From contig CALVYD010000007.1 of the NCBI GenBank assembly GCA_944371995.1, forward strand, positions 100-64,099: a DNA stretch of 64,000 bases, written 5' to 3'. Source of the DNA: an uncultured Bacilli bacterium. GTDB lineage: Bacteria; Bacillota_I; Bacilli_A; RF39; UBA660. This document shows, one piece after another, positions 49,935 through 60,199 of this stretch (position 1 is its first letter; each line of letters begins with the position of its first letter). Under the pieces are notes generated by a model. That model was not told where the DNA came from and searched no databases. It was given only the letters and a program-made list of their open reading frames with translations. A program made the position numbers and the translations under genes.

Positions 49935-50118
49935 TAAATACACAGTAGGTACAAAAGTAATAATGAAAAAACAACATCCTTGTGGTACAAATGAATGGGA
50001 AATTACTAGAGTAGGTGCAGATATAAAGATAAAATGTATCAATTGTGGAAGAACAGTATTAATACCCAGAATTGAATTTAATAAAAAATTAAAGAAAATT
50101 ATATCTCAGGAAGGATAA
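49924..50118 (+). CDS. DUF951-family small protein (YyzM-like)
   Basis: 64 aa. ...MKKQHPCGTNEWEITRVGADIKIKCINCGR... four-Cys pattern. Synteny with ychF. Confidence 0.7.
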   Translation: MENNKYTVGTKVIMKKQHPCGTNEWEITRVGADIKIKCINCGRTVLIPRIEFNKKLKKIISQEG

Positions 50119-50122
50119 AAAT

Positions 50123-51718
50123 ATGACGGAAAAAAGAAAATTAAAACTCAAAAAATTCTATTTTCATCCAATTACTGTATTTTTATGTCTAATCATATTA
50201 ACGATGATAGCCAGTGGAATATTATCTGCTTTAGAAATGCAAGCAACTTATAATGTTGTAAACCCTAATACCAATGAATTAGAACCAACACTAGTAGCAG
50301 TAGAAAACTTGCTAAGTTTTGACGGGATGAAATTTATAATTGGAAATGCAACAACTAATTTTATTAGCTTTGCTCCTTTAGGAACCTTGCTACTAGCTTT
50401 AATAGGAATTACAATAGCAGAAGCGACAGGTTTAATAGAAACATTAACCAAAAGATATTTTTCAAAAATGCCAAAAGGTATATTCACTTTTTTAATTATA
50501 TTTATTGCTACTATCTCATCTTTGATTAATGAAGTAGGTTATGCAATTTTAATACCTTTAGCAGCTCTAATTTATTTTATGAATGGTAGAAATCCACTTC
50601 TAGGAATAATTACAGCATTCTGTGGAGTAGCATTTGGTTATGGAGTTACTATCTTTGTAGGATCTATGGAAATATCATTAATGGACTATACAAAAACCGC
50701 ATCATGGTTAATTGATGAAGGAATGCATATATCATTAACATCAAACTTGTTTTTTATAATAGCAACATCAATATTAATATCTATTATAGGAACAATCATC
50801 ATTGAAAATATAATTGCTCCAAAATTAGGAAAATATAAAAAAGAAGAAGAATTTGCCAAAACAGAACAATATAGAGTAATTGATTTAGAAGAAGAAGAAC
50901 AAAAGAAAATAGAAAAAGAAAAATATGAAAAAAGAGGCTTACGCTTTGCTTTAATTACATGTATTATAGTGTTATTGTTCTTTATATATATGCTAATTCC
51001 AGGCCTACCATATTCTGGAATGTTACTAGATATGACAGAAAAAACATATTTAAATCAATTGTTTGGTGATACATCTTATTTCCAATCAGGCTTTACTTAT
51101 CTAGTAACCTTATTATTAGTTATTACTGGTTTAGCCTATGGATTTGGTGCCAAGACGATAAAAAATGATAAAGAATTAATTGAAGAGATAGGAAAAAAGT
51201 TTAGTAAAACAACTTATATTTTCGTTTTAATATTTGTAGTATCACAATTTATCGCAGTATTTAAAGAAACTAATATAGATATTGTAATAACAGCATGGTT
51301 AGCTAATGCATTAGAATATTTAGAATTTAGTGGTATTCCATTAATAGTAGTGACATTAATTATAATTGCTATAGCCAATTTATTTCTTACCAATCCAGCA
51401 ACCAAGTGGATGATTTTTGCACCAATTGTAGTACCAATGTTTATGCAAGCAAATATTTCACCACAATTTGCACAAATTGTAATGAGAGTTGGAACTTCTA
51501 TGACAAATGGATACACTCCAGTATTAGCATCATTTGTAATTTATATTGGATACTTAAATATATATAATTTAAATAAAACAAGACCTATTACGATAAGAAA
51601 ATCTTTAAGAATGATAACACCATACTTTTTAATTATTTCAGCAGCATGGATTTTAATAGTAGTAGGATGGTATATTACAGGTTTACCAATAGGTCCTGGC
51701 GTATATCCAACGCTATAA
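50123..51718 (+). CDS. AbgT-family transporter (p-aminobenzoyl-glutamate/antimetabolite exporter family)
   Basis: 531 aa polytopic. N-terminal ...FHPITVFLCLIILTMIASGILS..., overall AbgT/YdaH-like layout. Confidence 0.7.
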   Translation: MTEKRKLKLKKFYFHPITVFLCLIILTMIASGILSALEMQATYNVVNPNTNELEPTLVAVENLLSFDGMKFIIGNATTNFISFAPLGTLLLALIGITIAEATGLIETLTKRYFSKMPKGIFTFLIIFIATISSLINEVGYAILIPLAALIYFMNGRNPLLGIITAFCGVAFGYGVTIFVGSMEISLMDYTKTASWLIDEGMHISLTSNLFFIIATSILISIIGTIIIENIIAPKLGKYKKEEEFAKTEQYRVIDLEEEEQKKIEKEKYEKRGLRFALITCIIVLLFFIYMLIPGLPYSGMLLDMTEKTYLNQLFGDTSYFQSGFTYLVTLLLVITGLAYGFGAKTIKNDKELIEEIGKKFSKTTYIFVLIFVVSQFIAVFKETNIDIVITAWLANALEYLEFSGIPLIVVTLIIIAIANLFLTNPATKWMIFAPIVVPMFMQANISPQFAQIVMRVGTSMTNGYTPVLASFVIYIGYLNIYNLNKTRPITIRKSLRMITPYFLIISAAWILIVVGWYITGLPIGPGVYPTL

Positions 51719-51738
51719 CACCGAAAGGTGTTTTTTTC
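51718..51738 (+). terminator. rho-independent terminator after the abgT-like gene
   Basis: ACACC-GAAA-GGTGT followed by TTTTTT. Confidence 0.75.
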
Positions 51739-51766
51739 TTGAAAAAATGAATAATTATTATATAAT
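51739..51766 (+). promoter_or_regulatory. candidate sigma-A promoter upstream of ychF
   Basis: TTGAAA-16 nt-TATAAT. A second extended -10 (TGATATAAT) lies at about 51855-51865. Confidence 0.4.
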
Positions 51767-51888
51767 AAGAAACGGGAGAATATAGAACAAAAGAAATAGA
51801 AAAATACAATATAAGAGATTTCTAATGTCCATAGGATACAAATGATAAGTTAATATGATATAATAGGAAAAGAAAAGAGGTAGATAAT

Positions 51889-52989
51889 ATGAGTTTAACA
51901 GCAGGAATAGTAGGATTACCTAATGTAGGAAAATCAACACTTTTTAATGCTATTACAAATCAAAAAATATTAGCAGAAAACTATCCATTCGCAACAATCG
52001 AACCAAATGTAGGAGTTGTAACAGTACCAGATGCTAGAATGGATAAGTTAAAAAGTATGTATGAACCAGATAGATTTATTCCTACAGCATACGAATTTAC
52101 AGATATCGCAGGACTAGTAAAAGGTGCATCTCAAGGAGAAGGACTAGGAAATAAGTTCTTATCACATATTAGAGAAGTAGATGCTATTGTGGAAGTAGTG
52201 CGTTGTTTTGATGATGGAAAAATAATCCATGTAGATGGCAATATTGATCCAATAAGAGATATAGAAACAATTAACCTAGAATTAGCAATTGCAGATTTAG
52301 ATGTAGTAAACAACAGACTAGAAAAAGTTGCTAAAAAAGCAAGAACCACAAAAAATAAAGATGACATAACAGAAGTAGAAGCTCTAGAAAAAGCCAAAAA
52401 AGCCTTAGAAGAAAATAAAGCATTAAGACAAGTAGATTTTACGGAAGATGAAAAAAAACTATTAAAATCATACAGTTTCTTAACACTAAAACCAATCATC
52501 TATCTAGCAAATATCAAAGAAAGTGAATTAGGAAATCTTGATAATGAATATGTACAACAAGTAAAAGAATATGCAGCTAAAGAAAATGCAGAAGTAGTAA
52601 GTCTATGTGCTAAAGTAGAAGAAGATCTAAGTGAGTTAACAAAAGAAGAAAAACAAGAAATGTTAGAAGCTTTAGGACTAGAAGAATCAGGACTAGACAA
52701 GTTAATTCAAGCAACATATGACATTTTAGGACTAGCAACTTATTTTACGGTAGGAAAGGATGAAGTAAGAGCCTGGACTTTTAAAAAAGGAATGAATGCA
52801 AAACAATGTGCAGGAATTATTCATACAGATTTTGAAAAAGGTTTTATTCGTGCCGAAGTAATCTCTTATGATGATTTAATAGAATATGGCAGTGAATTAA
52901 AAGTAAAAGAAGCAGGACGTGCTAGATTAGAAGGAAAAGACTATATCATGCAAGATGGAGATATTTGTCACTTTAGATTTAATGTTTAG
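51889..52989 (+). CDS. ychF: redox-regulated ATPase YchF
   Basis: MSLTAGIVGLPNVGKSTLFNA, DIAGLVKGAS, C-terminal TGS ...FIRAEVISYDDL... Confidence 0.96.
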   Translation: MSLTAGIVGLPNVGKSTLFNAITNQKILAENYPFATIEPNVGVVTVPDARMDKLKSMYEPDRFIPTAYEFTDIAGLVKGASQGEGLGNKFLSHIREVDAIVEVVRCFDDGKIIHVDGNIDPIRDIETINLELAIADLDVVNNRLEKVAKKARTTKNKDDITEVEALEKAKKALEENKALRQVDFTEDEKKLLKSYSFLTLKPIIYLANIKESELGNLDNEYVQQVKEYAAKENAEVVSLCAKVEEDLSELTKEEKQEMLEALGLEESGLDKLIQATYDILGLATYFTVGKDEVRAWTFKKGMNAKQCAGIIHTDFEKGFIRAEVISYDDLIEYGSELKVKEAGRARLEGKDYIMQDGDICHFRFNV

Positions 52990-53041
52990 AAAAATATCAT
53001 AAATCATAATTTGTATAATAGAAGAGGATAAATGATAATAA

Positions 53042-53845
53042 ATGAAAAAGAAAAAATATAAATTAATTATTTTTGAATCAAATAGAAAAGAAGGCTGTAT
53101 GTCTCTTGCTAAAAAATTTTATCCTGCAACTTATAGTGAAGAAGACCGAAAAAGAGCTTTAAAAGAAGTAAAAGATAAAATAGGAAAGAAGTATAATTTT
53201 AATGGCAATCATGTTCTACAACCAAAACAAAAAGATGTAGAGTTTAAAGAAGACTATCCTGATGGAAAGTATGTAAGAATAACAAACGAATATCTTATGA
53301 AAGAAGATTACTGGGATGAAGAAATAATTTGTGATATTTTATTAATAGATACTAAGTTTCCAAATATTGTAATAGGACACAGAATGGCAGATTGTCCAGT
53401 AATCATTGCCGAAGACCGAAAAAAGCAAACTGTTGCAGTATCACATTGTGGAACAAGTCAGATTAATAGAGAAGTACCGAAATGGACAATAAAAGCTTTA
53501 AAAAAAGAGTGCAATAGTAATGTAGAAGATATTTATGTCTATATAGGGAGTTGTATTAAAAAAGATAACTATCAATATGATAGATATCCTTCCAGGGCAA
53601 CCAACAAAGAAGTTTGGGAAAACTGTATCATAGAGCAGGATAACATATATTATATAGATCTAATACAAGCAATAAAAAGACAATTAAATAACGAAGGAAT
53701 AATAAGTAATCATATAAAAGTAAGTCCTATTGATACATATAGTAACAAAGACTATTATTCTCATACAGAAGAAATAAAGAACCCTGATTGTGAGATAGGT
53801 CAAAACTTCGTAGGATGCTTCTATCAAGAAATACAAAGTGAGTAA
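53042..53845 (+). CDS. divergent YfiH/PgeF-family (laccase-domain, DUF152) protein
   Basis: ...GHRMADCPVIIAED...AVSHCGTSQ..., IGSCIKKDNYQYD, DLIQAIKRQL..., SPIDTYSN.DYYSH follows the YfiH motif order (ADC.P / HAGW.G / C.YEV / CT...FSYR), but the central HAGWRG is replaced by HCGTSQ. Confidence 0.5.
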   Translation: MKKKKYKLIIFESNRKEGCMSLAKKFYPATYSEEDRKRALKEVKDKIGKKYNFNGNHVLQPKQKDVEFKEDYPDGKYVRITNEYLMKEDYWDEEIICDILLIDTKFPNIVIGHRMADCPVIIAEDRKKQTVAVSHCGTSQINREVPKWTIKALKKECNSNVEDIYVYIGSCIKKDNYQYDRYPSRATNKEVWENCIIEQDNIYYIDLIQAIKRQLNNEGIISNHIKVSPIDTYSNKDYYSHTEEIKNPDCEIGQNFVGCFYQEIQSE

Positions 53846-53942
53846 CAAGATTGTAACTCACTTTTTAAATTTCACAAATTTACCACATAAAATTCACGAT
53901 ATTTTAACAAAACCTACATAGAATGAAACAAAGGAGGAAGCA

Positions 53943-54919
53943 ATGAAAAGAATAGCCTATTTTGATAATGCAAAAGGAATATTAATTATATTTATAATAT
54001 TAGCACATGTATTAAGTCTATGCTCAAAATACTATAACTATAGTGATGACTTTTTTAAGTTTGCAGCACTTTTTATGTTACAATGTTTCTTTTTTATATC
54101 GGCATATTTTCAATCCAAAAGTAAAACACCAAGAAAAAAAAGAGTATTAATTTATTAAAAATATATCTATTATGGCAAACTATTATAACAATATACTATG
54201 CCTTTGTTTTACAAATCATAGATTTTAATCTAAATTATCTAATACCAAGATATACATTATGGTTTTTAATTACGATGTTTTTTTATAATATGGCAGAGTG
54301 GATATTAGAAAAGATAAGCTATAAAATAATGATTACAATATCAATAATAATAGGATTAATAGTAGGATTTATTCCTATAACAGGTTCAACTCTATCACTA
54401 TCAAGGACATTTGTATTTTTTCCTTTCTATGTTTTAGGATATTATGCTAAAGACTTAAATCTATTATCAAAAATAAAAAGCAAACAAGTAAAAACAATAA
54501 CTATCATTTTATCAATAATAATATTAATAGTCATTCTAGAGTATAATAATATTTTATCTATTAAAATTTTAAAAGGAAAGTACAGTTACTTTGATATAGA
54601 TAATGTAAATATAATATTAGCCTGTGGAGAGCGACTACTATTTTATATAGTAAGTATAATTGTTAGTATTACATTTTTAAACTTAGTACCTAAAAAAGAA
54701 AGTATGTTAACAACACTAGGTAGAAATACATTATATATTTATTTGAGCCAGGGCATGATTTTAAAAACTTTTGTAACTGAAAAAATCTTACTAGATAATA
54801 GAATAGTAGGAACATTACTTTTATTTTTATGTGCTTTTATCCTTACAATCGTAGTGACAAGAATAATAAATAAAGTACAAAGCTATAAAAAATATAAATT
54901 GGAGGTAATACATGGATAA
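53943..54919 (+). pseudogene. Acyltransferase_3-family membrane O-acyltransferase, split by a frameshift in an A8 tract (54134-54141)
   Basis: Track ORFs 53943..54158 (MKRIAYFDNAKGILIIFIILAHV...) and 54275..54919 belong to one polytopic protein. The downstream frame is open from 54125 (...KKKKSINLLKIYLLWQTIITIYYAFVLQ...YTLWFLITMFFYN...). One extra A would fuse them into about 326 aa. Confidence 0.7.
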
Positions 54920-56177
54920 CAAGTTCAAAAATTTTAAAATGGAATTGAATAGAGTATATCGTAAAAATAAAATATATAAAGAAAAGATGCAAGAGCAAGG
55001 TATTACGCCAGAAGATATCAATTCCTGGGAAGATATTAAAAAATTACCTTTAACAACCAAACAAGATTTATTAAAGGACTATCCAAATGGTTGGAATTGT
55101 GTTCCAACATCAAAAATTAAAATGTATCATTCCTCAAGTGGAACAACAGGAAAACCATTAATTGTAGGACTTACAGAAAAAGATATAGAGTTTAGAAAAA
55201 AGACAATAAAAGAAAATGCCAGACAAGCAGGTATTACCAAAGAAGATACGATAGAAATATGTTACGGATTTGGAATGTTTACAGGTGGATTTAGTTTTTA
55301 TGAAGGATTAAAAGACTTAGGATGTAAAATAATCCCTACAGGTACAATGTCGACAGAAATGCAATTATTTTATATGCAAAAACTAAAAGCCACTGTATTA
55401 ATATCTAGTCCATCACACGTAATGCATTTATATGAAAAAGCTAAGGAATTAAAAATAGGTGTGAAAGAAATTACAATTAGAATTATTAGAGTAGGTAGTG
55501 AATTATTAACAGAGCCAATGCGAAAAAAGATAAAAGATGCCTGGGGAGAAAATGTTAGTGTAACACAAGATTATGGAATGACAGAAACATTAGGACCTGG
55601 TTTAGGAATGGAATGTATTTACGAAAATGGAATGCATCTAAATTCAAATTATTATTTTGAATTAATAGATCCAATAACCAAATTACCTACAGAAAATGAG
55701 ATAGGAGAATTAGTAGTAACAACAATATATAATGAATGTTTTCCAATAATAAGATATGCAACAAATGATTTAGTAAAATTAAGTAAAGAAAAATGTCCTT
55801 GTGGTTCAACTAGTCCAAGAATAGTAAAATTCTTGGGAAGAACAGATGATATGTTAAAAGTAAAAGGTGTAAAAATATTTGTAAGTCAAATAGAAGATTT
55901 TCTTTTTATGCATCCTTATTTTAATCATCAATATGAAATTGTCATATCAAAAGAAGAGTATAAAGATATCTTAACAATTAATATTGAGTATAAAGAAGAT
56001 TTAATAAATGTTCCTAAAGAAAAAATAACAAATTATAAAATAGAAGTAGAGCAAGAGTTTAAAAACAAATTTGGAATTACTAGTCAGATTAATATAGTAG
56101 ATAATAAAACAATAAAACCATCTCCAGGTAAAATCATTCGAGTAAGAGATTTAAGAAAATTAAAAATATCGAACTAA
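54912..56177 (+). CDS. adenylate-forming enzyme, phenylacetate-CoA ligase (PaaK)/coenzyme F390 synthetase-like
   Basis: HSSSGTTGKPL (AMP-binding P-loop), QDYGMTE, ...RTDDMLKVKGVKI..., about 420 aa as in the PaaK family. Confidence 0.7.
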   Translation: MDNKFKNFKMELNRVYRKNKIYKEKMQEQGITPEDINSWEDIKKLPLTTKQDLLKDYPNGWNCVPTSKIKMYHSSSGTTGKPLIVGLTEKDIEFRKKTIKENARQAGITKEDTIEICYGFGMFTGGFSFYEGLKDLGCKIIPTGTMSTEMQLFYMQKLKATVLISSPSHVMHLYEKAKELKIGVKEITIRIIRVGSELLTEPMRKKIKDAWGENVSVTQDYGMTETLGPGLGMECIYENGMHLNSNYYFELIDPITKLPTENEIGELVVTTIYNECFPIIRYATNDLVKLSKEKCPCGSTSPRIVKFLGRTDDMLKVKGVKIFVSQIEDFLFMHPYFNHQYEIVISKEEYKDILTINIEYKEDLINVPKEKITNYKIEVEQEFKNKFGITSQINIVDNKTIKPSPGKIIRVRDLRKLKISN

Positions 56178-56180
56178 CCC

Positions 56181-56209
56181 TAGACAAATAAATGAATTAT
56201 TGCTATAAT
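56181..56209 (+). promoter_or_regulatory. sigma-A promoter of the rpsF-ssb-rpsR operon
   Basis: TAGACA-17 nt-TATAAT (TGcTATAAT extended -10). A leader of about 60 nt precedes the AAGGAGGTG RBS. Confidence 0.55.
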
Positions 56210-56275
56210 ACTAACGAGTATTTTAAATACTCCTTGCTACAGATGTAGCCATAAGTCCAAAAGGAGGTGTAATAA

Positions 56276-56563
56276 ATGAGAAAGTATGAAATTATGTTCA
56301 TCGTAAGACCAGATATGGAAGAAGCTGAAATTACTAAGACAGCAGAAAATCTTAAAAAGGTTTTAGAAGATCAAAAAGCTAAAATGTTAGAAGAAAAGGC
56401 CATGGGACCAAAAGAATTAGCTTATGAAATCAAAAAGTTTAAAACAGGATATTATTACTTATTCGTAGTAGAAGCAACTCCAGAAGCAGTTGCTGAATTC
56501 GACCGTGTTGTAAGAATTAATGAAAACTTACTTCGTCACTTAATCGTAAAAGTAGAAGACTAA
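56276..56563 (+). CDS. rpsF: 30S ribosomal protein S6
   Basis: MRKYEIMFIVRPDMEE..., 95 aa. Confidence 0.96.
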   Translation: MRKYEIMFIVRPDMEEAEITKTAENLKKVLEDQKAKMLEEKAMGPKELAYEIKKFKTGYYYLFVVEATPEAVAEFDRVVRINENLLRHLIVKVED

Positions 56564-56578
56564 AAAAAGAGGTAAAAT

Positions 56579-57088
56579 ATGAATAAAGTATTTTTAATAG
56601 GAAGATTAACTAGAGACCCTGAATTAAGATATACAGGAAGTAATACTGCTGTTGCAACTTTTTCATTAGCAGTAAATAGAAATTTTACAAATGCTAGTGG
56701 AGAAAGAGAAGCAGACTTCATTAACATTGTTGTTTGGAGAAAACAAGCCGAAAATGTAAAAAACTACTTATCTCAAGGTAGTCAAGTAGCAATCGATGGC
56801 CGTATTCAAACTAGAAGTTACGATGATCAAAATGGTCAAAAACGTTATGTAACAGAAGTAGTAGCAGACAATGTTGAATTTTTAGGTTCCAAAGGGTCAT
56901 CTAATAATATGAATGTGAATGTGAATGTTAATTCTAATGGAAACACACCTGCTCAATCAAATAATGCAGGTCCTACACCATATGACTTTGGAGCTAATAC
57001 AGAGCCAAAGACAACCGATGTAGATAGCAATCCTTTCGCTGATTTCGGTTCTAGTATTGAAATAAGCGATGATGAATTACCATTCTAA
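56579..57088 (+). CDS. ssb: single-stranded DNA-binding protein
   Basis: [21 protein letters not shown] fold, Asn-rich linker, acidic tip DDELPF. Confidence 0.96.
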   Translation: MNKVFLIGRLTRDPELRYTGSNTAVATFSLAVNRNFTNASGEREADFINIVVWRKQAENVKNYLSQGSQVAIDGRIQTRSYDDQNGQKRYVTEVVADNVEFLGSKGSSNNMNVNVNVNSNGNTPAQSNNAGPTPYDFGANTEPKTTDVDSNPFADFGSSIEISDDELPF

Positions 57089-57104
57089 AAAAGGAGGAAG
57101 AAAA

Positions 57105-57320
57105 ATGGCAGAATTTGGACGCAGAAAGAAAAAAGTATGTATGATGTGTACTGGTGCAACAGTTGACTATAAAAATCCTGAAACATTAAAAAGATATGTA
57201 AATGAAAAAGGAAAAATTGTTTCAAGAAGAGTAACTGGAAACTGTGCTCGTCATCAAAGATATATTTCAACACAAATTAAAAGAGCAAGAGCTATCGCAT
57301 TAATGCCTTATACTAGATAA
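57105..57320 (+). CDS. rpsR: 30S ribosomal protein S18
   Basis: Start at ATG 57105 after AAGGAGGA. ...KKKVCMMC...[13 protein letters not shown]...[17 protein letters not shown]... Confidence 0.95.
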   Translation: MAEFGRRKKKVCMMCTGATVDYKNPETLKRYVNEKGKIVSRRVTGNCARHQRYISTQIKRARAIALMPYTR

Positions 57321-57346
57321 AGGGTTCGTTTGTGAACTCTTTTTTC
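57321..57346 (+). terminator. rho-independent terminator after rpsR
   Basis: AGGGTTC-GTTTGT-GAACTCT followed by TTTTT. Confidence 0.65.
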
Positions 57347-57403
57347 ATTTTACAAACAACAGAAAGTATTATATAATAAGAAATAGGAATACAGGAGGGA
57401 AAA

Positions 57404-58393
57404 ATGAGAATAATTGAAGAAAGAAGAAAGATAAATAAAAAAGTAAGAAAAGCAAAAGTAATCTTTTTAATGGCTCATAAAGACTTAGATTTAGACGCCC
57501 TAGGAAGCTGTGTAGGATTAAGTTTAATCTTAAAACAAAAAAGAAAAGACTGCTATATCATAGTGGACGATAAACAACATGAACTAGGTGTAGAAAAAAT
57601 TTTAAAAGAATTAGATGGTTGTATTCCTATAATAAGAGGAGAAGATATTGATAAATATCTATATCCAAATAATAAAAAGAATTTATTAATTATTCTAGAT
57701 ACAAATAAAACAGAGTTAGTACAAAATCAAAATGTATTAAAGAAAATAGATGAAAAAATAATCATTGATCATCATGACTTAGGAAAAACAACAATTAAAA
57801 ATGCCTTAATTATTGATGATGATGAAGTATCAAGTACATGCGAAATGATTACCGAATTAACAGAGTTTTATGATGTAGAACTAGATCCTTATTATGCAAC
57901 AGTTCTCTTATCAGGAATTGTATTAGATACGAATAACTTTACTTTAAAAACAAGTGCAGAAACCTACTATGCAGCATATTATTTAGCTAATTTAGGTGCC
58001 AGTGCTAAAAAAGTTCAATATTTATTGAAACAAGATATAGAAGAATATACAGAAAGGCAGAAATTATTAAGTGATATCGAAACAATTAATAAAAAAATTG
58101 CCTTTACGAAAGCCACACCTTATACTATATACCGTAGAGAAGATTTGGCTAAAGTTGCAGATACTTTATTATTCTTTAATAATATTGAAGCATCCTTTGT
58201 CATTGGAAAAATTGGTAAAGATACCGTAGGAATTAGTGCTAGAAGCCTAGGAAATTTTAATATAACTAAAATATTAGAAAAATTAGGTGGCGGCGGAGAT
58301 GACTACAATGGAGCTGCCCGTTTTGAAAATACAACAATTGGTAAGGTAGAGCAAGAATTAAAGAAAATAATTGCAGAAGAAGAAGGTGAATAA
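57404..58393 (+). CDS. DHH/DHHA1 phosphoesterase (GdpP-like catalytic portion only)
   Basis: [26 protein letters not shown]1 motif [12 protein letters not shown]. Occupies the yybT(gdpP) slot between rpsR and rplI but lacks the TM/PAS/GGDEF N-terminal half. Confidence 0.7.
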   Translation: MRIIEERRKINKKVRKAKVIFLMAHKDLDLDALGSCVGLSLILKQKRKDCYIIVDDKQHELGVEKILKELDGCIPIIRGEDIDKYLYPNNKKNLLIILDTNKTELVQNQNVLKKIDEKIIIDHHDLGKTTIKNALIIDDDEVSSTCEMITELTEFYDVELDPYYATVLLSGIVLDTNNFTLKTSAETYYAAYYLANLGASAKKVQYLLKQDIEEYTERQKLLSDIETINKKIAFTKATPYTIYRREDLAKVADTLLFFNNIEASFVIGKIGKDTVGISARSLGNFNITKILEKLGGGGDDYNGAARFENTTIGKVEQELKKIIAEEEGE

Positions 58394-58394
58394 A

Positions 58395-58835
58395 ATGGAA
58401 GTAATTTTTATTAAAGATTTAAAAAATCAAGGAAAAAAAGGCGAAATAAAGAAAGTAAAAGATGGTTATGCAGAAAATTTCTTAATAAAGAATGGTTATG
58501 CCATAATAAAAAATAAAGAAAACTTAGCAAAATTAGAAAAAGAAAAGCAAAATAAAGCGAAAGAAGATGAAAAAAATAAACAAGAAGCACAAGAATTAAA
58601 AAAGAAATTAGATACCTTAGTTTTAGAATTTAAAGTAAAAACTGGAGAAGGAGATAAAGTCTTTGGAAGTGTCAGTCTAAAGCAAGTAAAAGATGCTTTA
58701 GAAAAAGAAGGATATAAAATTGACAAAGGACAAATAGAATTAACATCTTCTATGTCTAGCCTAGGATTTCATCATGTAGATATTAATCTATATCCAGGAA
58801 TTAAAGCAACAGTAAAAGCACATATCGTAAAATAG
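58395..58835 (+). CDS. rplI: 50S ribosomal protein L9
   Basis: [31 protein letters not shown]... Start trimmed to ATG 58395. Confidence 0.95.
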   Translation: MEVIFIKDLKNQGKKGEIKKVKDGYAENFLIKNGYAIIKNKENLAKLEKEKQNKAKEDEKNKQEAQELKKKLDTLVLEFKVKTGEGDKVFGSVSLKQVKDALEKEGYKIDKGQIELTSSMSSLGFHHVDINLYPGIKATVKAHIVK

Positions 58836-58845
58836 AGGTGAAGAA

Positions 58846-60198
58846 ATGCCAATAAAATCATTGCCAAATAACATTGAAGCAGAAGAGTCTGTTTTAGGAG
58901 CATGTTTCTTATCAAAATATGCCTTACAAAAAGCCTGTGAAAATTTAACACCAGACTCTTTTTATGATGAAAAAAATGGGAAAATCTTTGCCGCAATGAA
59001 TGCTTTGGTAGAAGAAAAAACTCCAATTGATATTACCACCATAACAAGTTATCTTAAGAAAAATAATCAATTAACAGAAGTAGGAGGAGTAGAATATCTT
59101 ACAGAAGTATTAAACTTCGTCCCAACAGCAAGTAATATTGATTATTATATAAAAAATGTAGAAGATGCATCTATTCTAAGAAGTTTAATAGAAACCGCAA
59201 CAGAAATAGCATCAGAAGGATATAGGACAGACGAAACAGTAAATGAAATATTAGACAATTCTGAAAAGAAAATATTAAACATAGTAAAAAATAGAAAATC
59301 GAGTGAATTTAGATCTATTAAAGATATCTTACAAAAAACGCAAGCTGATCTAGAAAGATTATCAGAACATAAAGGAGAAGTAACAGGTCTAGCAACCGGC
59401 TGGTACGATGTGGATAAACTAACAACCGGGCTACATCCGAATGAATTAATAATAATTGCTGCACGTCCTGCCATGGGTAAAACAGCCTTTGCTCTAAATC
59501 TCGCAACACACGCTGCAATGACACAAGATAAATCAGTTGCCTTATTTAACTTAGAGATGAGTGCCGAACAACTAGCGATGCGTATTATCTCTTCTCTAGG
59601 ACAATTAGAAGGATTTAAATTACGTACTGGAAACCTAATGAATAATGATTGGAAAAGGATAAATGAGGCAGTATCTCAATTATCTAATACGAATTTAGTA
59701 ATGGACGATACTCCGGGAATTACGATTGGAGAAATCAGAGCAAAATGTAGAAGACTTGCATCAAGTGAAAAAGGATTAGGACTAGTTGTAATTGATTATT
59801 TACAATTAATATCAGGTGGAAAGAATTATGGAGCTAATAGACAACAAGAAGTATCTGATATTTCAAGAAGCCTAAAAACATTAGCGATGGAATTACAAGT
59901 TCCAGTAATTGCGTTATCTCAGCTATCGCGTAGTGTAGAAGCTCGTGAGGATAAAAGACCAATTATGAGCGACTTACGTGAATCAGGATCAATTGAACAA
60001 GATGCTGATATTGTCGCCTTCTTATATCGTGATGATTACTATAAAAAAGAAGCTAGGAATGAAGACAATACAAGTATTGTAGAATTAATTATAGGAAAGC
60101 ATCGTAACGGACCAACCGCAACTGTAGAACTACTATTTAAGAAAAATACATCTACATTTTTAAATCTAAGTAAAGGAAATAGAGGTGAAGAAGAATAG
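58846..60198 (+). CDS. dnaB: replicative DNA helicase (DnaB family; DnaC in B. subtilis nomenclature)
   Basis: LPNNIEAEESVLGA, Walker A ARPAMGKTAFALN, VIDYLQLI, LSQLSRSVE, RESGSIEQDAD. Confidence 0.96.
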   Translation: MPIKSLPNNIEAEESVLGACFLSKYALQKACENLTPDSFYDEKNGKIFAAMNALVEEKTPIDITTITSYLKKNNQLTEVGGVEYLTEVLNFVPTASNIDYYIKNVEDASILRSLIETATEIASEGYRTDETVNEILDNSEKKILNIVKNRKSSEFRSIKDILQKTQADLERLSEHKGEVTGLATGWYDVDKLTTGLHPNELIIIAARPAMGKTAFALNLATHAAMTQDKSVALFNLEMSAEQLAMRIISSLGQLEGFKLRTGNLMNNDWKRINEAVSQLSNTNLVMDDTPGITIGEIRAKCRRLASSEKGLGLVVIDYLQLISGGKNYGANRQQEVSDISRSLKTLAMELQVPVIALSQLSRSVEAREDKRPIMSDLRESGSIEQDADIVAFLYRDDYYKKEARNEDNTSIVELIIGKHRNGPTATVELLFKKNTSTFLNLSKGNRGEEE

Positions 60199-60199
60199 T

